Source: Candidatus Uhrbacteria bacterium | GTDB lineage: Bacteria > Patescibacteriota > Patescibacteriia > UBA9934 > UBA10169 | NCBI GenBank assembly: GCA_016187485.1 | Contig: JACPJO010000005.1 | Location: forward strand, 71,499 to 135,498 | Length of the DNA: 64,000 bases | Direction: 5' to 3' | Part shown: one piece after another, positions 17,048-26,352 of the stretch | Position numbering within the stretch: the stretch's first letter is position 1 | How the letters are laid out: every line of letters starts with the position of its first letter | Notes under the pieces: generated by a model | Seen by the model: the letters and a program-made list of their open reading frames with translations, nothing else | The model's database searches: none | Told to the model about the DNA's origin: nothing | Position numbers and translations under genes: made by a program

Positions 17048-18427
17048 ATGCGATTCTTTGCTATTTTTACTGCTCTCGCTGTCTTGTTTGCCCCCTCTCC
17101 CCTTCTTGCCTTCAACCCAAACTATCTTATCTCCGACCACGAATTTACCGATCGATTTGCTCTTGATCTTGGAACGATTCAGAATTTACTTGCGAAGGGG
17201 ACGTTGGCACGCTACGTTGTGGAAGATGTTGACGGCCGCCGCCGTTATGCTGCGGATATTATTTGGCGTGCGGCGCAACGAAACGGGATCTCGCCAAAAG
17301 TGATCATTACCATGTTGCAAAAAGAGCAGAGCCTCGTGGAAGATACTTCGCCCGCTTCCACACAATTTGATTGGGCGATGGGATATGGCATTTGCGACAC
17401 GTGCTCGTACGAAACTCCTTCCGCGCAGCGTTTCAAGGGATTCGCCAAGCAGATCAACTCTGCCACTCTGCAACTTGCGGAAGGATATTTGGCAGATCTT
17501 CTTTCAAAAGGTAAGACCGTTCTTGGTTTTGCGCCCGGCACAGCAAAGACCGTAGACAACACGGTGGTGGTACCAGAGAACAACGCAACGGCGGCACTGT
17601 ACACGTATACACCGCACTTACACGGGAATAAAAATTTTGTGACAATTTTTGATCGTTACTTTGCCAAGCGCCACCCGTCGGGAACACTTCTGCGCGATCC
17701 AGAATCTGGAGGTGTATACCTGATTCAATTTGGAAAAAAGCGCCCGTTCCTTTCGCTGGCGGCGCTTGTGTCGCGCTACGATGTGGCGCGTGTGATTGAC
17801 GCAAGCCCTACTGACCTTGCTGGGTATGAGACAGGCTTGCCCATAGCCTTTCCAAATTACGCGCTCCTTGAAGCTGCTGGTACTGTCTATCTCCTTGTGG
17901 ATGACACCGTCCGCCCGTTTGCGTCCTCGGATGTCCTTCGCGGACTTGGGTTCAATTCGGATGAGATTCTTGCGGTTACCGCCGAAGAACTTGCACCCTA
18001 CGACAAAGGAGAGCCTATTGTGCTTGATAGCTCGTACCCGGAGGGTGCGATCTTCCAGCACGACACAAGCGGCACGTATTACCTCATCCAAAACGGACGT
18101 CGGCATTTGGTCGCTACTGATGAAATTCGCAAACTTACCTGGGGTACGAAGGAGGTCCATCGTGTGGGTGAGGACCGCATTGTTGCGTATCCGGAACGCG
18201 CAGCCGTCAAGCTTCCCGACGGACTTCTAGTTAAATCCTCGGATGATAGTCGTGTATATGTGATTTCTGATGGTACGCGCAGGCTTATTCCCGATGAAGA
18301 AACTTTCCGCGCGCTTGGCTGGAAGTGGGAGCTTGTGAAGACCGTTTTGCCGGAAACCCTGCGTGTCCATCCAGAAGGTCTGCCGCTTGAATCCTCAACT
18401 CAAGCTGTGAGTATTGCCACACCATAG
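17048..18427 (+). CDS. Secreted protein with four ~45-aa C-terminal repeats (G-x-VYLI-x2-G-x-RR-x-I type) and a possible cell-wall-hydrolase-like N-domain
   Basis: The start is set at MRFFAIFTALAVLFAPSPLLA (signal peptide), behind a TGGTATAAT extended -10. The repeats are SGGVYLIQFGKKRPF, AGTVYLLVDDTVRPF, SGTYYLIQNGRRHLV and SRVYVISDGTRRLI. Confidence 0.6.
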   Translation: MRFFAIFTALAVLFAPSPLLAFNPNYLISDHEFTDRFALDLGTIQNLLAKGTLARYVVEDVDGRRRYAADIIWRAAQRNGISPKVIITMLQKEQSLVEDTSPASTQFDWAMGYGICDTCSYETPSAQRFKGFAKQINSATLQLAEGYLADLLSKGKTVLGFAPGTAKTVDNTVVVPENNATAALYTYTPHLHGNKNFVTIFDRYFAKRHPSGTLLRDPESGGVYLIQFGKKRPFLSLAALVSRYDVARVIDASPTDLAGYETGLPIAFPNYALLEAAGTVYLLVDDTVRPFASSDVLRGLGFNSDEILAVTAEELAPYDKGEPIVLDSSYPEGAIFQHDTSGTYYLIQNGRRHLVATDEIRKLTWGTKEVHRVGEDRIVAYPERAAVKLPDGLLVKSSDDSRVYVISDGTRRLIPDEETFRALGWKWELVKTVLPETLRVHPEGLPLESSTQAVSIATP

Positions 18428-18430
18428 TCT

Positions 18431-19222
18431 ATGTTTATCCATGCTGCGTGCATCCCTCACTCCCCTCTTCTTTTACCTTCCATCCATGCGGAAGATACAG
18501 GTCTGCTTGAGCCGACCCGCGCGGCCGTACGCGAGGTTGCCGAGCATCTCTATGTTTTGAAGCCGGATGTTTTATGTATTCTTTCCGGGCACGGTGAGCA
18601 CTATACGGATGCGTTTAGTATAGACGCAGCCCCCTGGTACGAGGCGAATCTTCATGCGTTTGGAGATCTCTCTAGCCCGCAAAAGTTCTCGGCTACACAC
18701 GCGCTTACGGATCGCCTTCAGAGGCGTGTGCGCAAAGAACATACTCCTTTCACTCTTTCGACAAACGCTGTCTTGGAATACGGCACAAGTGTTGCTTTAC
18801 GGCTCCTTGCAGAGAAGCTCCCCGATGTGCACGTTCTCCCGCTCGCATTCAGCGACCTGTCCCGCAAAGAACATTTTCAATTTGGGCAGATTGTCCGCGA
18901 CGTCTTTGATGAAGCGCCTGAGCGTATTGCCGTCATTGCTGCAGGCGATTTGTCCCACGCACTTGAGAGCACCTCGCCCGCAGGCTACGCGCCTGAGGGG
19001 AAACAGTTTGAATCAGCTTTGGTACAGGCGGTGAATCAGGGGAGCGCTGCGCAACTCCTCACCATTCCCGATAATGTCATCGAGCGTGCGCACGAAAGTA
19101 TGTTGCGCCCGCTTCTCATCCTCTACGGGATGCTGGAAAAAACATTGTTCAAAACGGAAGTCCTCTCTTACCAGGCGCCGCTTGGCGTGGGTTATCTTGT
19201 CGCGCAGTTTCATATACGTTGA
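18431..19222 (+). CDS. Class III extradiol dioxygenase (LigB/DODA/MEMO-like) family protein
   Basis: The 263-aa product resembles the LigB superfamily (SGHGEHYTDAFSID, AAGDLSHAL). The assignment is tentative. Confidence 0.5.
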   Translation: MFIHAACIPHSPLLLPSIHAEDTGLLEPTRAAVREVAEHLYVLKPDVLCILSGHGEHYTDAFSIDAAPWYEANLHAFGDLSSPQKFSATHALTDRLQRRVRKEHTPFTLSTNAVLEYGTSVALRLLAEKLPDVHVLPLAFSDLSRKEHFQFGQIVRDVFDEAPERIAVIAAGDLSHALESTSPAGYAPEGKQFESALVQAVNQGSAAQLLTIPDNVIERAHESMLRPLLILYGMLEKTLFKTEVLSYQAPLGVGYLVAQFHIR

Positions 19223-20982
19223 GTATGTTCGCAGACGTTTACCCTCTTGTGCGTCTGCCACGAAGACTCCATGCTTTTACGTATGCGCTTCCTCCAGCCG
19301 GAGACACACAGGTATGCGTGGGAGATCTTGTGGAGGTTCTCTGGCGTGGGCGGCGCGTAGAAGCTGTTGTCGCCCGCCTTTCTGGGGCCGCGCCTTCGCG
19401 TGCGATAAAACCGATCGAACGGCTTGTCGGGCGTTTTTTAAATCCTGAAGAGTTGCGTGTATATGAAGAGGCAGCGGCGTGGACATTCCAGTCCCCTTCC
19501 TCCGTTCTGCTTTCTGCACGGATTTTTACTGAAAAACCGTCTGCCCTTTCACTTATAAAGTCTGATACACATCGTTTTTCGCGCAACGAGCTCGGTCTTT
19601 TGACCTCGGCGCTTGCCGCTTCGGGAAATGCAGGATTTATCCAGACGGCAGATGTCGCGGAAAGCGCCATACTCGCGCTTCTCCTTCATAAAAAACGCCG
19701 TGCCCCCACCCTTCTTCTTGTCCCACATGCGCACGACGCGGGGGTTGCCGCTGGCGTTCTTGCCGGTGCCCTTCCTCGCGTGCGCATCTACGACACCTCG
19801 CAGAAGCTCTCGCAACGGGCAAAGATTGCTTCCCTCTGGCGGAGCGGAGATATTCCAATTCTTGTGGGCACACGTGCAAGTACTCTTCTTCCTCCGCCGC
19901 GTGTGCTGGGGAGTATTGTTGTTGCGCGCAGCACGGTTGCAGAGCATGCCCAGACAGATCGAAATCCGCGCTACGACGCGCGCCGCATCGCCGCGGCATG
20001 GTCTGCCGTGCGCCGATGCCCGATCATTTCCTCGGGTTCCCTTCCGGGCATCCAAGATCTATTTGCTTACAAGACAATGACGAAGCATGAGGGAATTCTC
20101 TCCGTTCTCGCTAATGCCATCGTTGTTCCCATGGCGGCATCTTCGCGTAAGCATCCACTGCTTTCGGATGATCTCCTCTCTGCAGTTCGTGAAACCCTGC
20201 AGTCTCGCAAGACGGCGTGGCTTGTGTTGAACCGCAAAGGCGTGGCTCGCGCGATGACATGTCGTGTCTGCCAGTTTGTGGAGGTATGCGGTACATGCAA
20301 AAAGCGACTGGCCGTCTATGACACACACCTGTGGTGCAACACGTGTGTGCGTGCCACGCGCCGCCCGGAAACCTGCAGACGGTGCGGCGGAGAAGTGCGC
20401 CTTGTTGCTCCAGGCCTTTCGGCGCTTGCGAAGGAGTTAGCACGGCATTTTCCCGACACGCCAATCACCCTCGTCCAAAAAGGAGGAGCGCAGCCGTCCA
20501 TACGTCTAGGAATCCTTCTTACCACAGACTTTTTCTTCGAGAACTTTTTCACTCCAGCCCTCTGTTCGACAGGCCTTGTCGCCCTTGTCTCTTTCGACGA
20601 AGAACTCGCGCGCAGTCCTGCTCGCGTATGCGAGTACGCAGGCGCGGCGTACCGTTTAAGAGCGCGTCTTTTATTACAAACATACGAAACGAGCCTCACG
20701 GACCTTTGGCGATCAGATCCTACAAGTAGCGTCGAGCGCGAATTAGAAGCGCGTAGGCACCTTGACGTTGCCCCCTTTCGTGAGGAAGTCACTCTTCGTC
20801 TTGCTAAAGGCGCGCCCGGGACGTTGGATGCCGTTGTGGAAAAACTTCACGCGGATATGCCCGCGCTCTCGCTTACGCCTCTGTCCGACGGCGCCGTCTC
20901 TCTCGCTCCCCTTTCTCCCGAAGCCGTGCAAGCCTTGCAGAAGCTTCCCGATTCCATTATTCTAGAACGTATATTTCTATGA
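19219..20982 (+). CDS. priA: PriA-like primosomal protein with degenerate helicase motifs
   Basis: The N-terminal 3'BD-like region and the PriA Cys-rich zinc module (CRVCQFVEVCGTCKKRL...CNTCVRATRRPETCRRCGG) are conserved. Neither a GxGKT Walker A nor a DExH motif is found. Confidence 0.6.
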   Translation: MSMFADVYPLVRLPRRLHAFTYALPPAGDTQVCVGDLVEVLWRGRRVEAVVARLSGAAPSRAIKPIERLVGRFLNPEELRVYEEAAAWTFQSPSSVLLSARIFTEKPSALSLIKSDTHRFSRNELGLLTSALAASGNAGFIQTADVAESAILALLLHKKRRAPTLLLVPHAHDAGVAAGVLAGALPRVRIYDTSQKLSQRAKIASLWRSGDIPILVGTRASTLLPPPRVLGSIVVARSTVAEHAQTDRNPRYDARRIAAAWSAVRRCPIISSGSLPGIQDLFAYKTMTKHEGILSVLANAIVVPMAASSRKHPLLSDDLLSAVRETLQSRKTAWLVLNRKGVARAMTCRVCQFVEVCGTCKKRLAVYDTHLWCNTCVRATRRPETCRRCGGEVRLVAPGLSALAKELARHFPDTPITLVQKGGAQPSIRLGILLTTDFFFENFFTPALCSTGLVALVSFDEELARSPARVCEYAGAAYRLRARLLLQTYETSLTDLWRSDPTSSVERELEARRHLDVAPFREEVTLRLAKGAPGTLDAVVEKLHADMPALSLTPLSDGAVSLAPLSPEAVQALQKLPDSIILERIFL

Positions 20983-21455
20983 GCCGCCGGACGATTATCA
21001 CAAATCCTTCCCCCACTCTTCAGGAGAAAAGTCTTCCTGTGGATTCCGCGGAAATTTCCACGACCGAGTTTCAAGTATTTTTGGATGATCTTCTTGAAAC
21101 AATGCACGGGGCCGATGGAGTCGGCATCGCCGCTCCACAGGTTGGTGTACACAAGCGTGTCTTCGTTGGCCTTAAGGGAAACGAGCCCCATGTTTTTATT
21201 AACCCCGAAATCACCCGTGCTTCTTTTCGCAAAGTTGATTCGGAGGAGGGATGCCTTTCGGTGCCAGGAATATGGGGCATCGTACGTCGCCACCGTTGTG
21301 TGACTGTTTCGTATACAGATCGTTTCGGGAACCCCGCCCGCGTTCGTCTGGAAGGACTTCCTGCCATTGTGGCGCAGCATGAGACGGATCACCTTGAGGG
21401 GATTTTGTTTATTGAAAAAGCGACGCGAATTACCACGCCGCCGTCCGCTTTGTGA
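20979..21455 (+). CDS. def: Peptide deformylase
   Basis: The translation has GVGIAAPQVG, EGCLSVPG and HETDHLEG. Confidence 0.9.
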   Translation: MSRRTIITNPSPTLQEKSLPVDSAEISTTEFQVFLDDLLETMHGADGVGIAAPQVGVHKRVFVGLKGNEPHVFINPEITRASFRKVDSEEGCLSVPGIWGIVRRHRCVTVSYTDRFGNPARVRLEGLPAIVAQHETDHLEGILFIEKATRITTPPSAL

Positions 21456-22384
21456 CCATTGTCTTTTTTGGTTCACCCCATCTTGCCGTCCCCTTCCTCA
21501 ATACTCTCATGATTCATGAGGGGTTTACGGTTCTTGCCGTTGTCACGCAACCAGACCGTGCTTCCGGGAGACACAAAATACCTCACCCCTGCCCTGTTGC
21601 CCAAGCGGCCGCTGCCTACAAGGTGAATCTTTTCCAACCGGTCTCTCTCAAGCGCGATAAGAATATCCGAAAAAAACTTGCCGATCTTGGCGCCGATGTG
21701 TTTGTTGTTGTCGCCTACGGGAGCATGATTCCCGATGAGCTTCTCGCGCTCCCCCCCTTTGGCGTCATTAATGTGCACCCGTCCCTTCTTCCTCGACATC
21801 GCGGTCCTACCCCTATGCCTTCGGCGATCCTTGCCGGTGATGAAGTCACGGGAATCAGTATTATGAAACTCGATCACGAGATGGACCACGGACCTATCCT
21901 TGCACAGTTGGAAATTCCTCTCACGTCCGACATGGACACACCGGCTCTTGAACAGATTGTTACCTACAAGGGCCCCGTGCTCCTCGCTGATACGCTGGAG
22001 GCTTATCGAAAAGGGCACCTCAAACCGCGCGAACAAGCACACGAGCGCGCCACCTACTGTCAGCTTCTTACACGAGACTCGGGCCGGCTTGACTGGAAAG
22101 AAAGCGCGGAACAATTGGATCGGACGATCCGCGCGTACCGTCCGTGGCCGGGAACGTGGACGACATGGAAACGCAAACGACTCAAAATTCTCGACGCAGC
22201 GTTAGCGGCGGGAAGCCTGCTCAAACCAGCGGGAACCGTTTATGAAGAAGGGGGGTATGTTTATATTTCCTGTCATCGCGGTTCCATTCTTCTTAAGCAG
22301 CTCCAGCTCGAAGGGGGAAAGCCTCTTTCGATACGGGATTTTTTGCGAGGCTATAAGGATTTTGTCGGCTCTCGCGTAGAATGA
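21452..22384 (+). CDS. fmt: Methionyl-tRNA formyltransferase
   Basis: The product has a formyltransferase N-domain (VVTQPDR, INVHPSLLPRHRGP) and the Fmt C-domain. Its start overlaps the def stop. Confidence 0.9.
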   Translation: MTIVFFGSPHLAVPFLNTLMIHEGFTVLAVVTQPDRASGRHKIPHPCPVAQAAAAYKVNLFQPVSLKRDKNIRKKLADLGADVFVVVAYGSMIPDELLALPPFGVINVHPSLLPRHRGPTPMPSAILAGDEVTGISIMKLDHEMDHGPILAQLEIPLTSDMDTPALEQIVTYKGPVLLADTLEAYRKGHLKPREQAHERATYCQLLTRDSGRLDWKESAEQLDRTIRAYRPWPGTWTTWKRKRLKILDAALAAGSLLKPAGTVYEEGGYVYISCHRGSILLKQLQLEGGKPLSIRDFLRGYKDFVGSRVE

Positions 22385-23789
22385 ACGGTGTTATAAAGAG
22401 GAAAAATCCAAGACCAAGTGGGTGGTTGAGATACGGGGAAAATGCATGGACGACAGCAAGGGTGAGGAGGCCTGCAGAAAAGCCTGCGCGAAGCCAGAAT
22501 GGTTGATCGTCGGCATGCCAGAGAGCTCGGAAATATGCAGCAAAAAGCCACAGAAACGCTACAAGGCCAAGAACCCCCATCTTTAGCCAAAGGTCGAGCC
22601 ACCCCCACTCAAATGCGTGGGTGGTCCACCGCCCCTCCGGATATTGCGCACGGATGCGCGGATCATCGCTCTGCACTTCTAACCCCTTTCCAAATCCATT
22701 TCCTCTCCACAGATGTTCCTGCGTACCATCCCACATGATGGGGAGAAGCTTCCACCGACTTGAGATGGCGGCATCGCCAAATTCCGTACCGCGCTTTGTA
22801 AATACATCCTGCAGATTGGAGACACGCGTGGGAAGGGGAAAAACGAGAAAGACCAGCGCGACAATCAAAAGAAGGCTTCCCCCTACGTGTGCAACAAGAC
22901 GACCAGCGAGGCGGAGCGTACGAGAAAAAGATTTCCGTACAAGCAGGAGGAAAAGAAATGTGCCGCCAACCATTCCACCAAGCCAGAAACTTCGTGAAAG
23001 ACTAAGAACAATACCTGCTAGTAGAAGGCTCCACACCCACGTTCTCTCTGCCCGACTCCGTTCCCACGCAAAGGCCACAAGAAGGAAGAGTGTGGGAATA
23101 AGGATGATCTGGCTCTGAAGGAATATGCGCCAGTACCCTCCGCTCATGAGGGTAATTTCTCCAATGCGCGCATCACGAATAAATTTATACAGAGGAACGA
23201 GGGCTATACCATCAAGATGAGTAAAAAGATAGAGGGTACCAAGCGAAAAGATGGCGACCCAAAGGGCTGTAGCCGTGAATACGTGGAGAAGTTGCCGGCA
23301 CATATCGCGTGACCAGGCCACAGACGCAAGAGGGAGAAGGTACAGGGCGAAGAAGTATCCGTTGGCATCGTCCAAAGCCGTGAGAGGATTATTTTCCTGC
23401 ATGCCGACAAGAAGACCACTCACGACAGCTCCCGCGACCAAGACCCAGGGCTGGAGGATAAGGTCACGCAGATGTGGCACCTCGCGCTTCCACAGAACGC
23501 GTACGCCCCACCCAAGAAGGATTCCGGCAAAAATGACAATGCGCTCCGTAAGGACAACGGGCCCAATATTCGCCTCGATGAGATGCCCGTGGGAAAAAGC
23601 GAAAAGTTCGGCAAAGGCAACGAGAAGGGCCGCAGACGGACGGCGAATGTAGAGCCACGCTGCCCCCACACCCAGAGCGAAAAGAATGGGGAGAGCGAGA
23701 GGGGTGTACCGCACCAGTATGGAAAGAATGACGGCCGCCGCTAACCCGCCGAACGTGACCCATGTTGTTTTCCCAAAAAATTGCTCCAT
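22293..23789 (-). CDS. O-antigen ligase/Wzy-like polytopic membrane protein
   Basis: The product has about 12 TM helices and a large periplasmic loop. The start is set at MEQFFGKTTWVTF so that it abuts the upstream GT2 stop. The long ORF upstream of this Met is unlikely to be coding. Confidence 0.55.
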   Translation of the reverse strand: MEQFFGKTTWVTFGGLAAAVILSILVRYTPLALPILFALGVGAAWLYIRRPSAALLVAFAELFAFSHGHLIEANIGPVVLTERIVIFAGILLGWGVRVLWKREVPHLRDLILQPWVLVAGAVVSGLLVGMQENNPLTALDDANGYFFALYLLPLASVAWSRDMCRQLLHVFTATALWVAIFSLGTLYLFTHLDGIALVPLYKFIRDARIGEITLMSGGYWRIFLQSQIILIPTLFLLVAFAWERSRAERTWVWSLLLAGIVLSLSRSFWLGGMVGGTFLFLLLVRKSFSRTLRLAGRLVAHVGGSLLLIVALVFLVFPLPTRVSNLQDVFTKRGTEFGDAAISSRWKLLPIMWDGTQEHLWRGNGFGKGLEVQSDDPRIRAQYPEGRWTTHAFEWGWLDLWLKMGVLGLVAFLWLFAAYFRALWHADDQPFWLRAGFSAGLLTLAVVHAFSPYLNHPLGLGFFLFITPFILRESRQNPYSLAKNPVSKEAFPLRAGAA

Positions 23790-23790
23790 A

Positions 23791-24630
23791 TTAATAACGT
23801 TTGACGAAATCGGCGATACGGCCGAGAATCCACAGAAGCGGGTGGAAGAAGACAAATATCGCCCACGCTCCCCAGCCGAAATGCTTGCGGATGTAACGGC
23901 GGAGGCTTCGACGGATGACAGCTTGTTTTTCCCGCGTACGCACCTGACTAAACGATCCACCCTTCGCGTGCCGTGCCTGGACATCTGCATAGTAGCGAAT
24001 TTTCCAGCCCGCGTCTTTTGCACGCTTACAGTAATCCACTTCCTCAAACCAGTAGAAAAATCCCTCGTCGAGCAACCCAATATCTTCTATGAGCGCGCGC
24101 CGAATGAGGAAATACGCGCCCATGACTTGGTCTACGTCCTGTGTCTTGCGATAATCGAAGTCTGTTTTGAGGTAGTGTTTGAGAATCTTTGGGAAAAGGT
24201 GCGGAAGTTTTAGCAGGACAACAAGTTGATTGAGAGGGGTGGGAAAAGCTCGGACCGACGGCTGTGGCGAACCGTCTGGATTAGAGAGGCGCACGCCGGC
24301 AATACCCACCTCCGTGTCTTGATTAAGGTGACCAAGAAGTGTCGCAAGACTGTCGTCTGTGAGTTCGATGTCGGGATTAAGCAAGAGAAGGTACTTTCCT
24401 GTGGCTTCACGAATTCCGCGATTGCAACCGCTGGCAAATCCTCTGTTCTCCTGTGTAAGGAGGTGGATCCGCGCGTCCGAAACGACGTCCGAGAGATCCT
24501 CCTCTTTGGAGTGGTTAATAATAAACAATTCCCACGACAACGATGTCGCGTGGCGGAGAAGAGAGGCGACCATGCGCCGCAGATGATCTGCCGATCGATA
24601 ATTTACCGAAATAATGCTTATATCCGTCAT
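23791..24630 (-). CDS. Glycosyltransferase family 2
   Basis: The start is set at MTDISIISVNYRSADHL. The product carries DxD-type GT-A motifs. Confidence 0.7.
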   Translation of the reverse strand: MTDISIISVNYRSADHLRRMVASLLRHATSLSWELFIINHSKEEDLSDVVSDARIHLLTQENRGFASGCNRGIREATGKYLLLLNPDIELTDDSLATLLGHLNQDTEVGIAGVRLSNPDGSPQPSVRAFPTPLNQLVVLLKLPHLFPKILKHYLKTDFDYRKTQDVDQVMGAYFLIRRALIEDIGLLDEGFFYWFEEVDYCKRAKDAGWKIRYYADVQARHAKGGSFSQVRTREKQAVIRRSLRRYIRKHFGWGAWAIFVFFHPLLWILGRIADFVKRY

Positions 24631-25337
24631 AGACCATGCTTGTGGATGATAGCATCGCGCGCGCTTTCGTATGCGCGAACCGATCGGGGTGTCCAGCCGA
24701 AGAGCTTCCAGGGAAGCCGATAGAGCCCCGACGGCCGCCACGAGGAAATTCCCTGTCGCCCATGTCCCACACGGACGTGAAACAACTCCTCGGGAACATA
24801 AACTCCCCTCCCCCCTTTTTGAAGAATAGAAAGCCACACATCCCAATCTTGGAAACGCTTCACTTCTTCGTCAAATCTCGGAAACCATTCGCGGCGAATG
24901 AGCGCCGACGTATGGACGTAATTCATCTTTCGCAAGCGCTCTCTCGAAAATGGGAAACTTTTAAATTGCTTCCACCCAAAACGAAATCCCGAGTAGGCGT
25001 AGGCGGCTGTGGCGTCACTCTTAAGGACTCGCAGGAGCTTTTCAAGCATGCCTGGCTTCATGACGATATCTGCATCAAGGAACAGGACATACGGGCTCTT
25101 TGTACGATCAAAACCAACATTTCGCGCACGGTTGCTTCCTTGATTCGTCTGCTCGATGATGATAACCCCCTTCGCCTTATAGGGAGCAAGAACCGTGCGG
25201 GTATTGTCGGTGGATCCGTCATCTACAACAATAATCTCGGCGGGTGGGAGGGTTTGTGCCAACACAGAGTCAAGACACGCCGTCAGGGTACTGGCATGTT
25301 GATAGGTAGGGATGATGATGCTGATGTCAGAGGACAT
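24627..25337 (-). CDS. Glycosyltransferase family 2
   Basis: The start is set at MSSDISIIIPTYQHASTL. The product has a VDDGSTD motif. Confidence 0.7.
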   Translation of the reverse strand: MSSDISIIIPTYQHASTLTACLDSVLAQTLPPAEIIVVDDGSTDNTRTVLAPYKAKGVIIIEQTNQGSNRARNVGFDRTKSPYVLFLDADIVMKPGMLEKLLRVLKSDATAAYAYSGFRFGWKQFKSFPFSRERLRKMNYVHTSALIRREWFPRFDEEVKRFQDWDVWLSILQKGGRGVYVPEELFHVRVGHGRQGISSWRPSGLYRLPWKLFGWTPRSVRAYESARDAIIHKHGL

Positions 25338-26349
25338 ACGGGGACAACTGCTCGTACAGACGTTCTTTAAGGAACCCTTTTTGTACAAACGCACGATTCG
25401 CCTCTCCCATCTTTCGGCGTCTTTCTGGATCACACGAAAGCTCTTGGATGGCATCGACAAGAGCGCGCGTATCCTGCGAGGGGACGTGTATAGCCCCGTC
25501 AGGAGATACAGCTTCGCCAATCGCTTTCTCGTTTGAGGCAATAATAGGAAGGCCGGCGGCTCCAGCCTCGAGATACACAATACCAAACCCTTCGACATCC
25601 TGCGTTGTTGAGGAAGGGATAAAGGTAAATATATCAGCCGACCGCCATACATCCAGTAGAGCGCGATCGTCCTCTGGGGTAAGAAAATGTACCCGCGAAG
25701 AAACACCCAGCTCACGCGCCTGTTTTTCCAGAGATGCGCGCTCCGGCCCCTCCCCAACAATGGTGTACGTGACGTCTGGAAGTTCTACAAGTGCCTCAAG
25801 GATTCGTCCATGATTTTTTCTTGCGACAAGCCGTGACACAGTGAGAAGCCGGCAAGGCGCGGACATTGCAGCGGAGACAGGGTGCGAGAGAAGCGGCTCC
25901 ATAGACACGGGAAGAGTCGGCCGTACAGGGAGAACTGCGCAAGAATTATCAAATTGCCGGATTTCCTCTGCGAGCGTTTCGGAATTACACACCACAAGAC
26001 GCGCTCCCCGCAGGATTCTCCGTGTAAGCCATCGCTTCCAGGCATTGCGCGTCCCGAGGCGAAAATCCATACCGTGTAAAATCACGATGTACGAGACTCG
26101 GCGAAATAATCGCGTGATAAAAGCGACACTCCCCATCGGGTGCACATGGCTCACCCAAAGAGTCGTTTTGCCAGGCAGCCGAATGGTGCGCAAAAGAGCC
26201 GGCAGCCAGGCAGGCCATGCTCTGTGTGTGAGAAGTCTCGACGACCAGACCTCAAAGGATTGGGGGAAACATTTCACCACGGCTTCAAGATAGCGTGCGA
26301 TGCCGCCTTTTTGCGGAGGGTATTCAAGCGTGAGCAAAATATGCTGCAT
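25327..26349 (-). CDS. Glycosyltransferase family 4 (GT-B)
   Basis: The translation has MQHILLTLEYPPQKGGIARYL and a C-terminal EGFGIVYLEAGAAGLPIIAS motif. Confidence 0.8.
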   Translation of the reverse strand: MQHILLTLEYPPQKGGIARYLEAVVKCFPQSFEVWSSRLLTHRAWPAWLPALLRTIRLPGKTTLWVSHVHPMGSVAFITRLFRRVSYIVILHGMDFRLGTRNAWKRWLTRRILRGARLVVCNSETLAEEIRQFDNSCAVLPVRPTLPVSMEPLLSHPVSAAMSAPCRLLTVSRLVARKNHGRILEALVELPDVTYTIVGEGPERASLEKQARELGVSSRVHFLTPEDDRALLDVWRSADIFTFIPSSTTQDVEGFGIVYLEAGAAGLPIIASNEKAIGEAVSPDGAIHVPSQDTRALVDAIQELSCDPERRRKMGEANRAFVQKGFLKERLYEQLSPYVL

Positions 26350-26352
26350 AAC

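Noticed and set aside
22293-24080. Long N-terminal extension (first ~97 codons) of the O-antigen-ligase-like ORF
   Set aside because: It overlaps the upstream GT2 gene. The hydrophobic protein begins at the internal Met, which abuts the GT2 stop.
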